Part shown: positions 24,641-37,380 of the stretch, piece by piece
How the letters are laid out: each line of letters opens with the position of its first letter
How positions within the stretch are numbered: position 1 is the first letter of the stretch
Position numbers and translations under genes: made by a program
Assembly (NCBI GenBank): GCA_019343175.1
Contig: JAFNEN010000097.1
Span: 221,448-285,447, forward strand
Source of the DNA: Oedothorax gibbosus
Taxonomy: Eukaryota
Reading direction: 5' to 3'
Length of the DNA: 64,000 bases
Notes under the pieces: model-generated
What the model was told of the DNA's origin: nothing
The model's input: only the letters and a program-made list of their open reading frames with translations
Database searches by the model: none

Positions 24641-27204
24641 TATTAAAAACTTTTTGTTAAAGAACGGGAATACTAAATAACTACTATCCAAAAAGAACAG
24701 AAGGGTCACACCCCTAAGCAAAAGATCTCGAGGATTGCATTTGTTTTGCTAAGAATTCACACCAAATCCATCTGCCGAGAAGTTCTTATTACACGACCTG
24801 TTTATGTTTGTTTAGGGAGAAAGAGGTTTTTTACCCTTTAAATGAATATAACCATAAACTTGTCAAGATCAGAATTATGGTAAACATGATTGAGAGACGA
24901 AAATTCACTAAAAATGAGAATTTATCGGGAATTACTTAGATAATGGAATGTAAATATTTTCAAAAATAAGCTCTGCCGACTTGATCTTGTTTGATATTTT
25001 TTGCTAAAAATGTATTTTACATAAATAACGCGTTAGAATATGAATATTTGACTTTAAAACCTTTTCTGGAAAATTAATGTGTTAAATGATTATTAATTTA
25101 TTCACATTTTAATGATATTTTGCTATACACTTGATGATTAGCTCATTGTCGAAATTTTTATATGAGACTTGTATTGGTGTTAAATTTTTTTGTTTAATGA
25201 GTAATTTATATAAAAACAAGTTATAAAAGAACTAAAACAGCCTACTTTCCTAGAACTAAAACAGTTTAATATTTTCCGATTGAAAAAAAGTAGGTTTGTA
25301 ACAATAACTGTCACCTAGGACCCCTTCCACAGAGTATTTATACACATTAGAAAAAAAACCCCGTCAAACATAACCATTTAGTTATTTTAACTTTTAAAAA
25401 CCGAAATTGGCTAAATTCATTAATTTTCTTTCGAAAATATAATTAATATTCTTTTTGGCTTGCTAAATTTATTTGCACTTCAAAGATAAATTAGGTAAAA
25501 TTACTTGCTCTAAAAATTGAAGCAAATATAAAATCATCGTATAAGTTCCGGCGATATTTGACGTGTTTGAAAATGTCGCCAAGGCCTAAATGGCGGGAGA
25601 TTCTTCAAATAAGTATTAATATATTCTCAAATAAGTATTAATATAAAAATTTGCAAGCATCAAAAAAATTTGTAACCGATAATTCGAAAAATTTAGAAAT
25701 AAAAAAAAAATACACAATGCAAACTTTAACGCCCTCCGAAATTTTCGCTAAATGTCGCCGTAACAAATACTAATATTTGACTAAAGCAAAACTTATTGCA
25801 TCATTTTAATTTCTATATCTTTTTTCGAACAATTTTTAATTTTCGAAAAAACAATACAGCATGCAAGAAATCTATCAACTTCAAATATCAGTAAACGGTG
25901 TGATTTTCAAACATCTTCCGCGAAACAAAAACCACAAAAATGTATATCAGTGAAAAATTTGCATTCTAACATCCTTATAGAACTAGACATTAATAAACGA
26001 ATAAATGTAAATTAAAACTTACCTTCTTTTTATGCAAAAAATAGAACACTGGGTGTTAGTAAACAAAGAATCACGTTGTGCTTCTTTGATTCATATTAAG
26101 ACGTCATCCCAAACTGTTCATATTATGACATAATCCCAAACTCATTATTATGATAAAATTAAATTTTCCTTTAAAAAAATCATTTTAAATAAAGTTTCTC
26201 ATGCTATTGTTGATATGGCAACAGTGATTCAAATGAATAAAAAATTAAGTTAAATGCAAACGGGAAGACAGTCAACATACAGGTAGGCAGCACACAAAAA
26301 AAATATAGAAGATATAAAGATATGACATCAAAGACCTAACAAAAAAGAATTTTTAAGATACGAAATAAAAGTAAATTTAGTTTTTGGCGTTACTTCTTTT
26401 AGCATTTTTGAAACTTCATAAAATATTCAATCGAAAGTAATTTTACGTTAGATTAGACACAATAATTATCTTTACAACTTTCATTATTGTCATCAAAATG
26501 ACACAAGTCAATTTTTTTCGTCTGCAGTAACTTTTATATGCAAAATTCGCTGGAAAACCTTGAATGTTTTCAATTAAAGGAAATTGAGGATTTCATTATA
26601 AAATATTATAAGCGTTAGATGCAAAAGAAAAGATGAAAGGGACATAAATATAAGCTGGAAAAAATGCATAGTTTTAAGCAAATTTGCCTTTCATGTTTCA
26701 TAATTTTTTTTTAAAGGCAGCATTGTGTTTTTTTGTCGATAAGTTTTGCAGTCAACATTTATAATATAAATTAAATAAAAATATAGTTAAAACAGACGCG
26801 CTCTTTTGCTTTACAAAGGCGTGAAACTTAAATTATTTTTTGTTTAGAAAACGTTTTTTTTTATTTCTAAAGGTAAGTTGTAAATTTATTCAAAAAATAA
26901 TTACGATCATAAAGTAAAATGAAGTTTTTATTGACGTGCTATGAAAATTTCTTTGTTTCTTTGTAATAATTTTATGTTACGATATAACCTTATTTTCGCA
27001 AATATTTTATTATGTTAATTTTCGTAAATCCTGTTTTAATTGTTATCACAATCATTTTTTTTAAAAGTGGAATTGTTTTATTATTACTTGTTACTGTCGT
27101 ATCTCCATTAAAAAATTACCTATTTTGTACTTTAAGTATTTCTTAAATGGGGTAGGAGGGAAACTTACTTTAAAAAATTGAGTATAAAATTTTTACTGCA
27201 TCTA

Positions 27205-27274
27205 CAATCCCTGGACAAATTATTAGACGCACTGCAAGATTTCATGTAAAATATTAATTACCGGGTGATATTGT
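27205..27274 (+). mobile_element. Solo 5' end (~70 bp) of the Tc1-like element
   Basis: The stretch caatccctggacaaattattagacgcactgcaagatttcatgtaaaatattaattaccgggtgatattgt matches the left end of 36830-36900, after which homology stops. No matching right TIR was found nearby. Confidence 0.65.
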
Positions 27275-27746
27275 TCCTACATATTTGTATAAATACACCG
27301 ACGCATTCCGATTGTTTTGGTTCGGCAACTAAGGTGCAAATTGCACCAAATTGCTTTACAAGTAAAAACAAATCTTTGCCTAAATATGTTATTTTTTTTG
27401 CAAATAAAATTTTCTTATGTACCTATAACACGAAGCCGCAATGCGAACACGAAGAACGAAAGTGTAAAACTCTAGAACTTTCGCATGGGCACCGTGAAGG
27501 CGTGGTGACGTCACTGGCGAGGCGTTACTTGCTTGTAAGGAATAGAAATATGCATCCGGGGGCGTATAAGATTTGGGTAAATGGCCATTTTCTTACTAAG
27601 CCCTTTATATTTCCTTTATATATCTTTCCTCCCGGACATTTCTTTGTAACCAGTTCCAACCCTTCAGAAATGGAGCCGACCACCAATATGGGTCTATTGA
27701 ACTAATCAGAATTGAACAAACTTGTTAAATACACTTGCATAAAATG

Positions 27747-28183
27747 TCATAATGAATCACCGAAAAAACATGACAAATCATAAGTAGATTTATTATTTCT
27801 TGGAACTTTTGCTCCATTCCAAATCAACGCCTTTCTTAATAAATCTCCCAATTTATCAACACTCTTTTTAATGGATGGAATATCAGATTCAAATATTCGC
27901 AAAATAAAGCCATTAATAACGTCGTTAAGGCTAATACAATTCCTGCTGACAAGCCTAGTATCCGAGTCATCAAGCGCGGCCATTTCTTCCACATATGAGG
28001 TGGCCAGGGAATTGCGAAACAAGCACTTAATTCAACACTTATGAATATACATTTATTCATGAGCCAGCGTCGAAGAATTTTAACCTTCGTGGAAAGTGCT
28101 TCGTAATTGAAAATCTTTTGTGACGCGTCTGACCTGGGATGGTTCATCAGCCTTAAACAATCAGCGAAAGTCCTGGCTTTCAT
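27747..28183 (-). other. Two overlapping out-of-frame minus-strand ORFs (115 aa and 91 aa) of unknown nature, possibly a frameshifted relic of a single coding region
   Basis: This is the only non-LINE region where two sizeable ORFs join on one strand (…RRWLMNKCIFI / MFRNSLATSYVEEMAALDDSDTRLVSRN…). I recognise no domain. Confidence 0.2.
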
Positions 28184-28959
28184 TGTCGGAATCAGATATG
28201 GGATTTTTGGCAGAAAACAATTGTACTTATTCCTGTTGTTTTATTAAACATATGAGGGATACGCAAAATGGCTGAAGTGTATACTTGTTTTCTCTGCATG
28301 AATTAAAAAAAATTTAATTAAAAAATTAATTTAGAATTTTATAATGTGAAGAATTTTATATGTCTAAAGTGTATACTTGTTTTCACTGCATGAATTAAAA
28401 ATTTTTTAGCCAAAAAATTAATTTAGAATTTTATAAATCTTTATTTCTATAGGAGAGAATAATAAATGACTCCTTCATACTTAAAATTTTCAAATTTAGT
28501 TAAATTAAATTATTAAAAAAAGTTTTAAAAGTCATGCGTGTTGCTTAGAAAACCGACATTCAGGTGACGGTTTTATATCTGTATCCTTCGGAGGGTTAAT
28601 AAAAAAAATCACATGTGAAAGCTTATTAAAAACAAATGCTGTATTTTAAACTGCGGGTGTAGTTTCTAAAAAAAACCAGACAAATTTTACTACTATCCAA
28701 ACTTCATTCATATCAGTAACTAGTAGCTGACTAGGCATATTCCGATTTCTCAAATTCTATTTGCTACCGTTAAATATTTATTGGAAATTAAAGTTTTGTA
28801 CAAAACTATATCAATGTATTTTTTAAAAATATAAATTTTGTGTTTCGATATTTTTTGTATTTCGGTGTAAAATTTATTTGTACACTATGTGAATTCAGCT
28901 CAATTTAAACTATATATTTTAAATTTGGTGCTTTCAAAAACGTAAAATATATTTCCAAA

Positions 28960-29224
28960 GTACACTGTTAAAAATTTGGTGCTAGGTTTCACCAGATATG
29001 TTGGTTTCACCATATACTTGTTTCCTAGTAGCTGCAACGGCTGATGTGAAATGTTTCACCTTTTTTTCGGTTTTTGGTTGAACCATTTTCCGATTTGGAC
29101 AAAACCTGAAAATGTTTTTCAACGAAATACAAAATATGGTGGAACGTTTTCACAATTTCAGCCGTTGGCAGCTACTAGAACCATATCATGGTTGAAACCA
29201 AGCACAAAATTTTTAACAGTGTAC
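28960..29224. mobile_element. MITE (~265 bp) with TIR GTACACTGTTAAAAATTTGGTG
   Basis: The 5' end gtacactgttaaaaatttggtgctaggtttcacc and the 3' end ggttgaaaccaagcacaaaatttttaacagtgtac are inverted. The inner pair ctagtagctgcaacggctg and cagccgttggcagctactag is a second inverted repeat. A partial copy lies at 15655-15900. Confidence 0.75.
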
Positions 29225-29445
29225 TTCAGTTAAAATAGTATCAAAACAGACACAGATTTCGAATATTTTTATGCTTTTCATGCCGATCCCGGAATCCTTT
29301 TGACATAATAGTGCTTACTTCTGGAGTAGCTTTCTATGCGTATAATGTATAATTGAAATACATTTTAATATTAATTTCGAAGATAAAAAGTTATCTTTTT
29401 TAGTTCCTTAATGAACGCAAGGAAATTGAATAATATTTTGTACTA

Positions 29446-29970
29446 CACTGCTCAAAACAATTAGGGGAGCACTTTGCGTACTTTTGTTTACCCTTTCAGT
29501 TCCAACTTATTTTTTATTATAAAAATCTAGTTTTAAAAGTTTTGAAATAGATTCATTATGCATCCAGAATGAAAAAGTAAAACAATCTTAATTTTTAAGT
29601 AATATTTAAGGGAGGGGGGGATATTGGAATCATAACTTTTGAATAAATTATAACAGTAATTTTTTCAAAAGTTTATTTGAAAAAAAAGGTAAAATCAATT
29701 TTTAAATGTCTAAGAATGTGAAAAATGTAGGGTAAATTTATTTCATAAAATTGTTTGGGAGTGAATTTTATTTTACCATGTTTTTCATATTTTCATTTAA
29801 TTAAAACAAACATTAATTAATTCTTCAAAAGACATGATTCTTCTATCTAACGATAAATAAGTGCGAGCTCAACTTAGTGAGAAAAAAAATCGCAAGCTGA
29901 TGATACCAAATGGAATCATTAGGGGTGAAAGGGTTTAAACCATGAGTTCCCCTAATTGTTTTGAGCAGTG
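29446..29970. mobile_element. MITE, copy 2 of the family at 162-699
   Basis: The TIRs are cactgctcaaaacaattagggga and tcccctaattgttttgagcagtg. TA sits at 29444-45 and 29971-72. The body is collinear with 162-699. Confidence 0.8.
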
Positions 29971-32900
29971 TATTTTCAACATCGCTCTAGAACGCATATA
30001 TACTTTATATTTAAATTTACCTCACACTTTAATTCTGAAAACCATTTACTGTTTTATGTAACAGATTAGCTGAAAAGGATAACAGTTGTACTTCTTTCAC
30101 ATCACTCTTGTCTTCCATTGCCAATTAAACGCCAGCCCAGTCCATTTAACGTAACTGATCGAATGCTTACGGGACATCAGTTATGGAAATGAGAGCACTC
30201 GTTGACAGTTGGCTTTGTGTGACATTGGGCACATTGGATTCACCGGACAAAACTTCCTTGGCGATTATTAATTTGGAGGAGTTCCCAAGTTCCAGAGGGA
30301 CTCTGCAATTGAGACAAGTCGGGGAATGAGTTGTCATTCAAAGCTTATCTAGCCCGGAATCAGTTAAATATGCCAGCTTTTAGGATAGAGAGTTCCAAAT
30401 AATTCCTTTCAATTGAAAACAATGCGGGATTTAAATTGTACTGATGGATATATCCTTATTTTTAATAGAAAAGGTGAAGTGTATTATGTTTTTCAATTAG
30501 GATAGAGATTTTGGTAAAATTATCAATTTTTGTATCTATAAATTAAAATAAACTTTATATAATAAATATACACTAAATGTTAGCTATTTATTAAAATACT
30601 AAATATATCTAAAAAATAATAGTTGACTTCGAATTCTTGAAAAATAGTTAGCAAACATTTAGACAAGTTCGATGCCTACCAGACATTTATTTATGGTTCT
30701 TGATCTTAAAGTTATATTGCCACTTCTTTCAAATGACCAAGACAAAGAAAATTCCGAGAAAATTAAGAAATCTCACCTACTTAAAGTGCTGCAACTGGTG
30801 CTGCCTGAAATTAAATTGTTTAGGTGGACAGGGCAGTAGCGTCAAAAATTAAGTCCAATCAAAATTCGTTTAAGCTACTTCACCTGTTTGTTTTCGTTAA
30901 ATTATAGCATTTTTTAATTTCTAACATAAGTATAGAAAGCTTTCGTTTTTAAAAGAGTTGCAGAAACGAAATGAAATGTCGTTTTGTTGTGAAAACGTAA
31001 TCAAGAGACGTAATAAGTTCGCCAATGCGTCTCGTTATAAACACGAATTTGCAACAAATTTTTCAACAATTTACAATGGTTGCAAAATTTTTACCTTTTA
31101 AACTTTTGCAATGGAATAGTAAAGCACTTCTTAGATGTAGCAGAACGTAAGGTGACATCGCACAGCGGGGCAGACGGAAAAAATTCATTTTGGAAATTCG
31201 AAGTTAAAACAATTTAATAGACAATACGTTAAAGTAAATTAAATGTAGAATCCAGATATGAAAAACATTTTCTGCGAAAAAGTTATGCTTGTAGTTTGTC
31301 GAAAATAATGTTTGTCGATTGTTAAGCAGAAATTAAAAAAAAAAAGCCGTTGAAATCGCGAAGAATTTGGTACCGTGTGAGTAGTTTAAATTCTAATTGA
31401 GTATTTATACAATTAGAATTATACGAGACGCGCTCAGTTTGAGGTCTAAGTATTGCTTGGTGAAAAATAGGGGAAGCTTTGTTTGGACGAAACAAGCATT
31501 AAATTGATAAAATTTTGATAAAGTTGAGAATTTAAAAAAGTTCCTGTGAGCTGCGTTAAAAAAATTGTATTTTTTCAAGATTTTACTGCTTCCTAACATT
31601 CTTACAAATTTAGATAAATGACACATTTTGAACCAGAAACCTTCTTGACGAGAGGTTGACCCTTTGACGACTGTTTAAATCTGTCGACACGAGGCCGCTG
31701 AAAACTACGATTCATTCCAAATAGCAACCATAACCATTAAAAACAAAAAGTTGATATTTGGGTGCAATTAATCAAATACTAGAATGTAAAGAATATTGCC
31801 TAACTACAACGCATTTATTACCTAATATAACGTTTTTGCAACGATAATTTTTGCGAAATGGAAATGCAATGAATTTAACCAATATGAAACGTTTATCATC
31901 CGTTCTGTGCTACCTGGGGAGCCATGCTCCATGGTATTATATTCAAAATAAAAAACACTAAAAAACAAACACCCAACCTTAGTTTCATTCTGGTTGATTG
32001 TCAAAATAAATGAATTTGTAAAGTGATAAAACACAATGCTTGCAATTTCGTCTAGTTTTTTAATAATATATATTTTCTACAGTTTTTTTAGAAATGTTAT
32101 TTTTTTTATTAGTTAAAGTTAATTTTCCAGTTCTGCTTAATAAGGGTATATATATTTTTTCTTAAAAACAATTGCATCTTTTTATATCATTTTTTTCGTT
32201 CTTGTACGAGTTGTTCGTTACGAAGTTGAAAACGAATATTTCTCAGAGACTAACATTTGGCTGTGAACTAAAATTCAGCTCCGCATCTGAACAATAACTT
32301 TTTTTGTACTTTCGCAATAACTAACTCATTAGTCAAATTGAAAATGGACATTCAAACATTTCCTTTGTAAATCAAGAAAATCTTGTTCAAAATGCGACTC
32401 ATCGAAATAACTTTTCTTTTGCCGAACTCGAAAACCACTCGTAAATCGAAATAAGAAATGATAACTCATTTTCATAACTCAAAAGTATTTGAATCTGTGA
32501 ATCGCTGAATGCTAAAAAGGGACTAAGTATCTTGGAGAATTTCCCCGTGCGCTTCTTTCTTTCCCATTTTGGTGAAAAAAGAAGCGCGTACGGAAATTTC
32601 CCTGTGGACTTGAACCATTTTTTCCATTCATCGATTCATTTTCTTTCGTCTTTTTCAAAATCTTCGCAAAGAAAGTGAGGATTGCATTTTTCATCAGCTG
32701 TTGTCGGGCGAAAATATTCGCTGCCCCCAATCCAAGTTATTGTTTTTATTCCCAGTCTTGAATATCAAACTATTAATTATTCGCGGAATGAGTTTCTTTG
32801 ATTCAATAAAATGTATTTCTCTTCTTGAAATTTTATTTCCTGTTTTAAGATCGAAGTTAGAGGGCTTGAGATTTTTTAATCAGGAAGGGTAGATGAAATT

Positions 32901-33994
32901 AATTAACTTATCACGTAGTTTGTTGCATTTCAAAATCGAAAAATAATGAAATTTTCTGACTTTGTTTTGGTATTAAGATGCGTATATTTGCTCTTGAAAT
33001 ACTTATCTACTGAACTATATAAATAATAGATTCTCACCCGTGTTCAGAAAAAAAATCCTTTAAATTGATAGGAAACTTTATTTATGTAGTTCATTTTCTA
33101 ATAATGAAGTTTGTAATTGATTTCGTCAGTTTGTATTATATCTTTAAAGTTGATTAAAGTAAGACGCTCGTCAGATTTATATACAAGTTTTTTTTAAGGT
33201 TTAGAGTGTAAAAACTTTATTTTTAAAATTAAAACGAGTTAGTGAACTTTAAGTTTATATTTAGCTAGGGTTATGCATACGAGTTGAAAATGTTAAATAG
33301 TTTCTTAAACCTGACACAGCAAGTTAAAAGTTACAATCAAGAGAACAAAATTAAATTAAGAGGGGGAAAATGTCAATCTTAAAAAATGTAGGACATATTT
33401 TAACGATAGCAGTAAAAAAAATTCTTATATGTTTTGATTTTCAAAATGTACTTTCTAAAAAATGAATTTCAGAAACAATTTAATTCAAACTTTTTGAAAA
33501 ATTGATTTTCTCTTCGAAGAAACACAAGAAAATTTTCGAATCGCATTGCTGATAGCCTACATTCACTTTCACAAAATTTCCATTTTTACAGAAATCCAAT
33601 AGTAAACGATTCGGTTTCATTGATTTCTCAACATCCACCCTCCACTGGGGGTTTAGAAACAAATTATTCTCCGTTTCTTTAGGGCCTACCTTTCTTTTAT
33701 TAATGGTGAGTATCTTTTAATGGATGTTTAATATTTATGATATCTTTAGCACATTGAATCACATTACTATCGCATTTTCTTATCACACCCTACTGATTTT
33801 TTATCATAAGATTTTTGGATAAACAATTCTACAAAACAATTTCGAATCATTTAAATTTTTGTATCACTTTGGTTCCAAGATGTGTTTCATGTGGTTTTTA
33901 ATAAATCTAGTATCTTATTTATTTTTAGACTGCTCTCAGATCATTAATGTTTTACACAATCTGATTATTTATATTATTATTTATATATTATACT

Positions 33995-35714
33995 TATATC
34001 GTCGACCACATGAAGTCAAAGTGGCCTGTTATGCCGATGACATCGCAGTATGGCATACACATAAAGACTTGGAGACTTCACAAACAGCCCTAAATAAATG
34101 CATGCAGGGCATTGTATTTGACGCGTCAAGTGTAAGCTCACTATTAATCCAGATAAAAAAACCTTTGTATTTCTCAACTGACAGGAAAAATCGACGCTCC
34201 TTCCTTCCATCAAGCTCTTTGGCTCGGAAATCAAACAAACTTCTAATCCACGATACCTTGGACTCACTCCTGACGCAGAGCTCAGATTCTCGCAACACCT
34301 CAATCATGTCTCAAATAAAGCACTAAAAAAGCTTAACATCCTTAAGAGACTTTGCGGTGGATCCTGGGTATCATAATCCAAAGACCCTTCTTAATACTTA
34401 TACCTCCATAGTCAGGCCCATTCTTGAATACGCTGCACCCATCTGGGCACCAGCTATGCCCACTGCAAGAGAAAAGATCGACAGGATACAGTACAGGGCA
34501 TCAAAAATCATCATTGGAGCTGTCTCATCAACGAATAACATCAAAGCTGAAAAGGAATGCGGCCTAACTCCTTTGAAAACAGAAGAAAATTATCCACAAT
34601 TAAATTCACAAATAACATACGGAGCCTACCTGAAAACCACATTTCCAATATAACTTTCAAAGCATGGAGCGAAAAATCCAGGCTTAAAAGATCCTCAACC
34701 CTACAGCATGATCTGGAAATCAGAAGATATCAACCTCCAGCATAAGTACTTGAAATTCCGAAAGACCTATCATACTTGCATTTTCACCCGCAGACAATCG
34801 TAAACCTAAACTCCTACGACCCTGCACTAAAAAGAACGTCTCGATAATTAAGAAAAGCGTCTACATCAATGAACTCACCACCAAGCCCAAAATTTAGTAT
34901 TAGCCTACACAGATGGCTCCTCGATTCAAATCTGATGGAGGAGGTGCAGAGTTTTCTAATGGGTCCAGGCGATGAAAATGAGTCACAAAATTCTGTAGGG
35001 AAAATTGCCTCCAACTATACATGCGAACTCGTTGCCATCAAGAGCGCGTTGGAGATTTTCCTGTCCAAAAGCATCCACAGATCCAGCGGCATTACCATCC
35101 TTTCTGATTCAAATCTGCCCTGCAGGCCATTCAGAAGGGCAAGTGCCAAATCAGCCATGAAATAATCCTATCCATCAACAAAGTCATCGCAGCCAAGAAA
35201 ACCTGCACGTTACAGTGGATACCAGCTCATGTTAACATCCTTGGAAATGAAAAGCCGATGAGCTTGCCAAACAATCAAGAGCTTGCCCCCAATCATCTAA
35301 CCTCATAACTCTCGTTGACGCCAATGCAGTTGCCAGCCGTAGACTTATCAAAAATAATTTTAAATATTCCATCCCTGCTCTAAATTGTAACCGTACAATA
35401 TCTTCAATAATAGCCAGACTACGAACAAAACATTTAAAAGGAATGAAAATCTCAACGGAAGGATAAAGAAGCTTCTCCACACACTGCCCAAACTGTCCTG
35501 GTGTCCAACTGTCCCCGCAGCATATCTTTGGCTGCCCAGCAATTCAAGCCAGGCTCTTCAGGATTGGCTTTGAAGACCCAGAAGTTTCAATTCTCTCCGA
35601 AGATGCAGAAGAAATAGCGAAAGCTGTCTACGACAGCTTCGGATTCATCTAGTTTTTGCACACAACATGGACACGACAACAACAACACGACAACAACAAC
35701 ACAACAACAACAAC
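33995..35714 (+). mobile_element. 5'-truncated, frameshifted LINE (partial reverse transcriptase, thumb region, RNase H, zinc-knuckle C-terminus, (CAA)n tail)
   Basis: CYADDIAVW at ~34025 is the reverse-transcriptase YXDD motif. ORF 34357-34653 (…SIVRPILEYAAPIWAP…REKIDRIQYRASKII) is the conserved post-RT thumb region typical of Jockey/I/R1-group LINEs. AYTDGS and TCELVAIKSALE are at 34900-35060, ILSDSNL follows, then WIPAHVNILGNEKADELAKQ in another frame, which is RNase H. CPNCPGVQLSPQHIFGCPA is at ~35490. The stop is at 35649-51 and is followed by acacgacaacaacaacacgacaacaacaacacaacaacaacaac. Several frameshifts and stops mean the copy is non-functional. Confidence 0.85.
35655..35714 (+). 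repeat. (CAA)n/(ACAACA)n microsatellite forming the LINE 3' tail
   Basis: This is seen directly. The same tail motif is found at the 3' ends of the two minus-strand LINE copies. Confidence 0.85.
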
Positions 35715-36829
35715 TTATATCGTTGAAGTATTATACGGATAAAGTAAAATGCATACTGTTTTTGCAAACCTCCCGAAATCTGCTTGACCCTTTTGCAACG
35801 TCATGATTGTATACAATTAATTAATCAGCTGCTTCAGTATTGATACATTTTAGAAGCTTGAACGTTTTAGTTTATGATAGAAAAGTTAGTATTGGGAAAT
35901 ATTGTAAACTGAAGTTGTGAAGGGTATTCTACAAAGGTCCACGTATGTGTACCTCTGTTGCGAAAATGTAAAATTTTCAATGCATCGGAACCACCTTCGC
36001 ACGTCTTTTTCACTGACCCGTACCCCTTTCAAATACGAACGTCGAAATTATAAGTAATTTAAGCCACAAAGTACATTAAATGCATCATGCATCTTAAGCG
36101 ATATCCTGAAACGGGCAGAATTAATGGAAAACTTCAAAGTCGGAAACGCGAGTGTTTGAAAAATGATTTCTTTCCGCGTGCGAAAAAGTCGCCTTTCAAA
36201 ATCGTGTTCATTCCGTCTTTCTCACTAAAGATCAGATCACCTACTAATTACACTATAAATCTTTAGCGCTAAAGACAAGGGTTTGCAGCAACTTAGGAAA
36301 TCAGGTCACATCAGTGTAAAAAGAAAAATGACCTTGAAAGTAAACGTGGTAACGCCGTGAAGTAATGGTGAAAGCGTTGAAGTTTTAAAAAAATAGAACT
36401 GCTGTGAAAATTGTTGACTTTTTTTGGTAACGATGTTTTATTCTGTTTAATTAATAAAAGGTATTTATACAGCTAATCGTGTTAATTTGTAAACAAGTTT
36501 GAGTTAAGCTGAAAAAAAAAAGATGAAATTGTCAAATAAAAAAATATACAATATATGGTAAGCATGCATATATTTGCTATGTCCCTACAAGATTATTAAA
36601 TTTCAAAATTTGAATATATATAAGAATATTTGTGGTAATTAATGAACACGGAGTATATTTTATCCCACAAATAGTAACTACTTCTAGATAACCTTATTGT
36701 GCATTTAAAAACCACACTTATTAATCGAACATATGGAATATTAATCTGATAATTTATTGAAATTAATACATAATCAAAAATAATACAGTTCGTTTTCAAA
36801 AATCTGAATTTATGCTTCTTATAACAATA

Positions 36830-37380
36830 CAGTCCCTGGACAAATTATTAGACGCACTGCAAGATTTCATGTAAAATATTTATTACCGGGTGATATTGTA
36901 CCGTTTTATTATTTTAAATTGATTTGTTTTTTATTTTTATATTATCCAATCAATTACCGATTTATTTGATATAAATAAAACAGCATTAATTTAGAAAAGC
37001 ATAGGTTTATTAAGTTTTAAAGAAAAGTGAAATTAATGTTAGTAAAAGTCAATCTGTAGTTGAGCCACCTTTAGCCGCTATCAAAGCTTTAATTCTGCGC
37101 GGCATGCTATCAATACAAGACTGTACTGTCTCCTGCATTTGAGGATGACGATTCCACACATAAATAATCTTATAATAAATAATTAATATAAATTAATCTT
37201 AATCATAATTAATCATAATTATCTTAAAATAATAACTACATATTTGTCTACAACAATTCTTTTTAAATAAAAATCAATAATATTGTAGTTTAAATATACC
37301 ATTACTGCATAAAAACTCTTAAGAAACATAAAATTACTAAAAAAAAAATACAGTGCGTCTAATAATTTGTCCAGGGACTG
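36830..37380 (-). mobile_element. Tc1/mariner-like deletion derivative, an inverted near-identical copy of 13071-13619
   Basis: The TIRs are identical and TA sits at 36828-29 and 37381-82. The minus strand at ~37040-37150 encodes …SMPRRIKALIAAKGGSTT…. The body is collinear with the reverse complement of 13071-13619, with only a few substitutions. Confidence 0.85.

Noticed and set aside
27265-27705. 146-aa ORF immediately downstream of the solo Tc1 TIR, considered as a possible full-length transposase
   Set aside because: It has no helix-turn-helix or DDE motifs and no similarity to the retained Tc1 C-terminus. Homology to the Tc1 element stops ~70 bp after the TIR. It is low-complexity and probably spurious.
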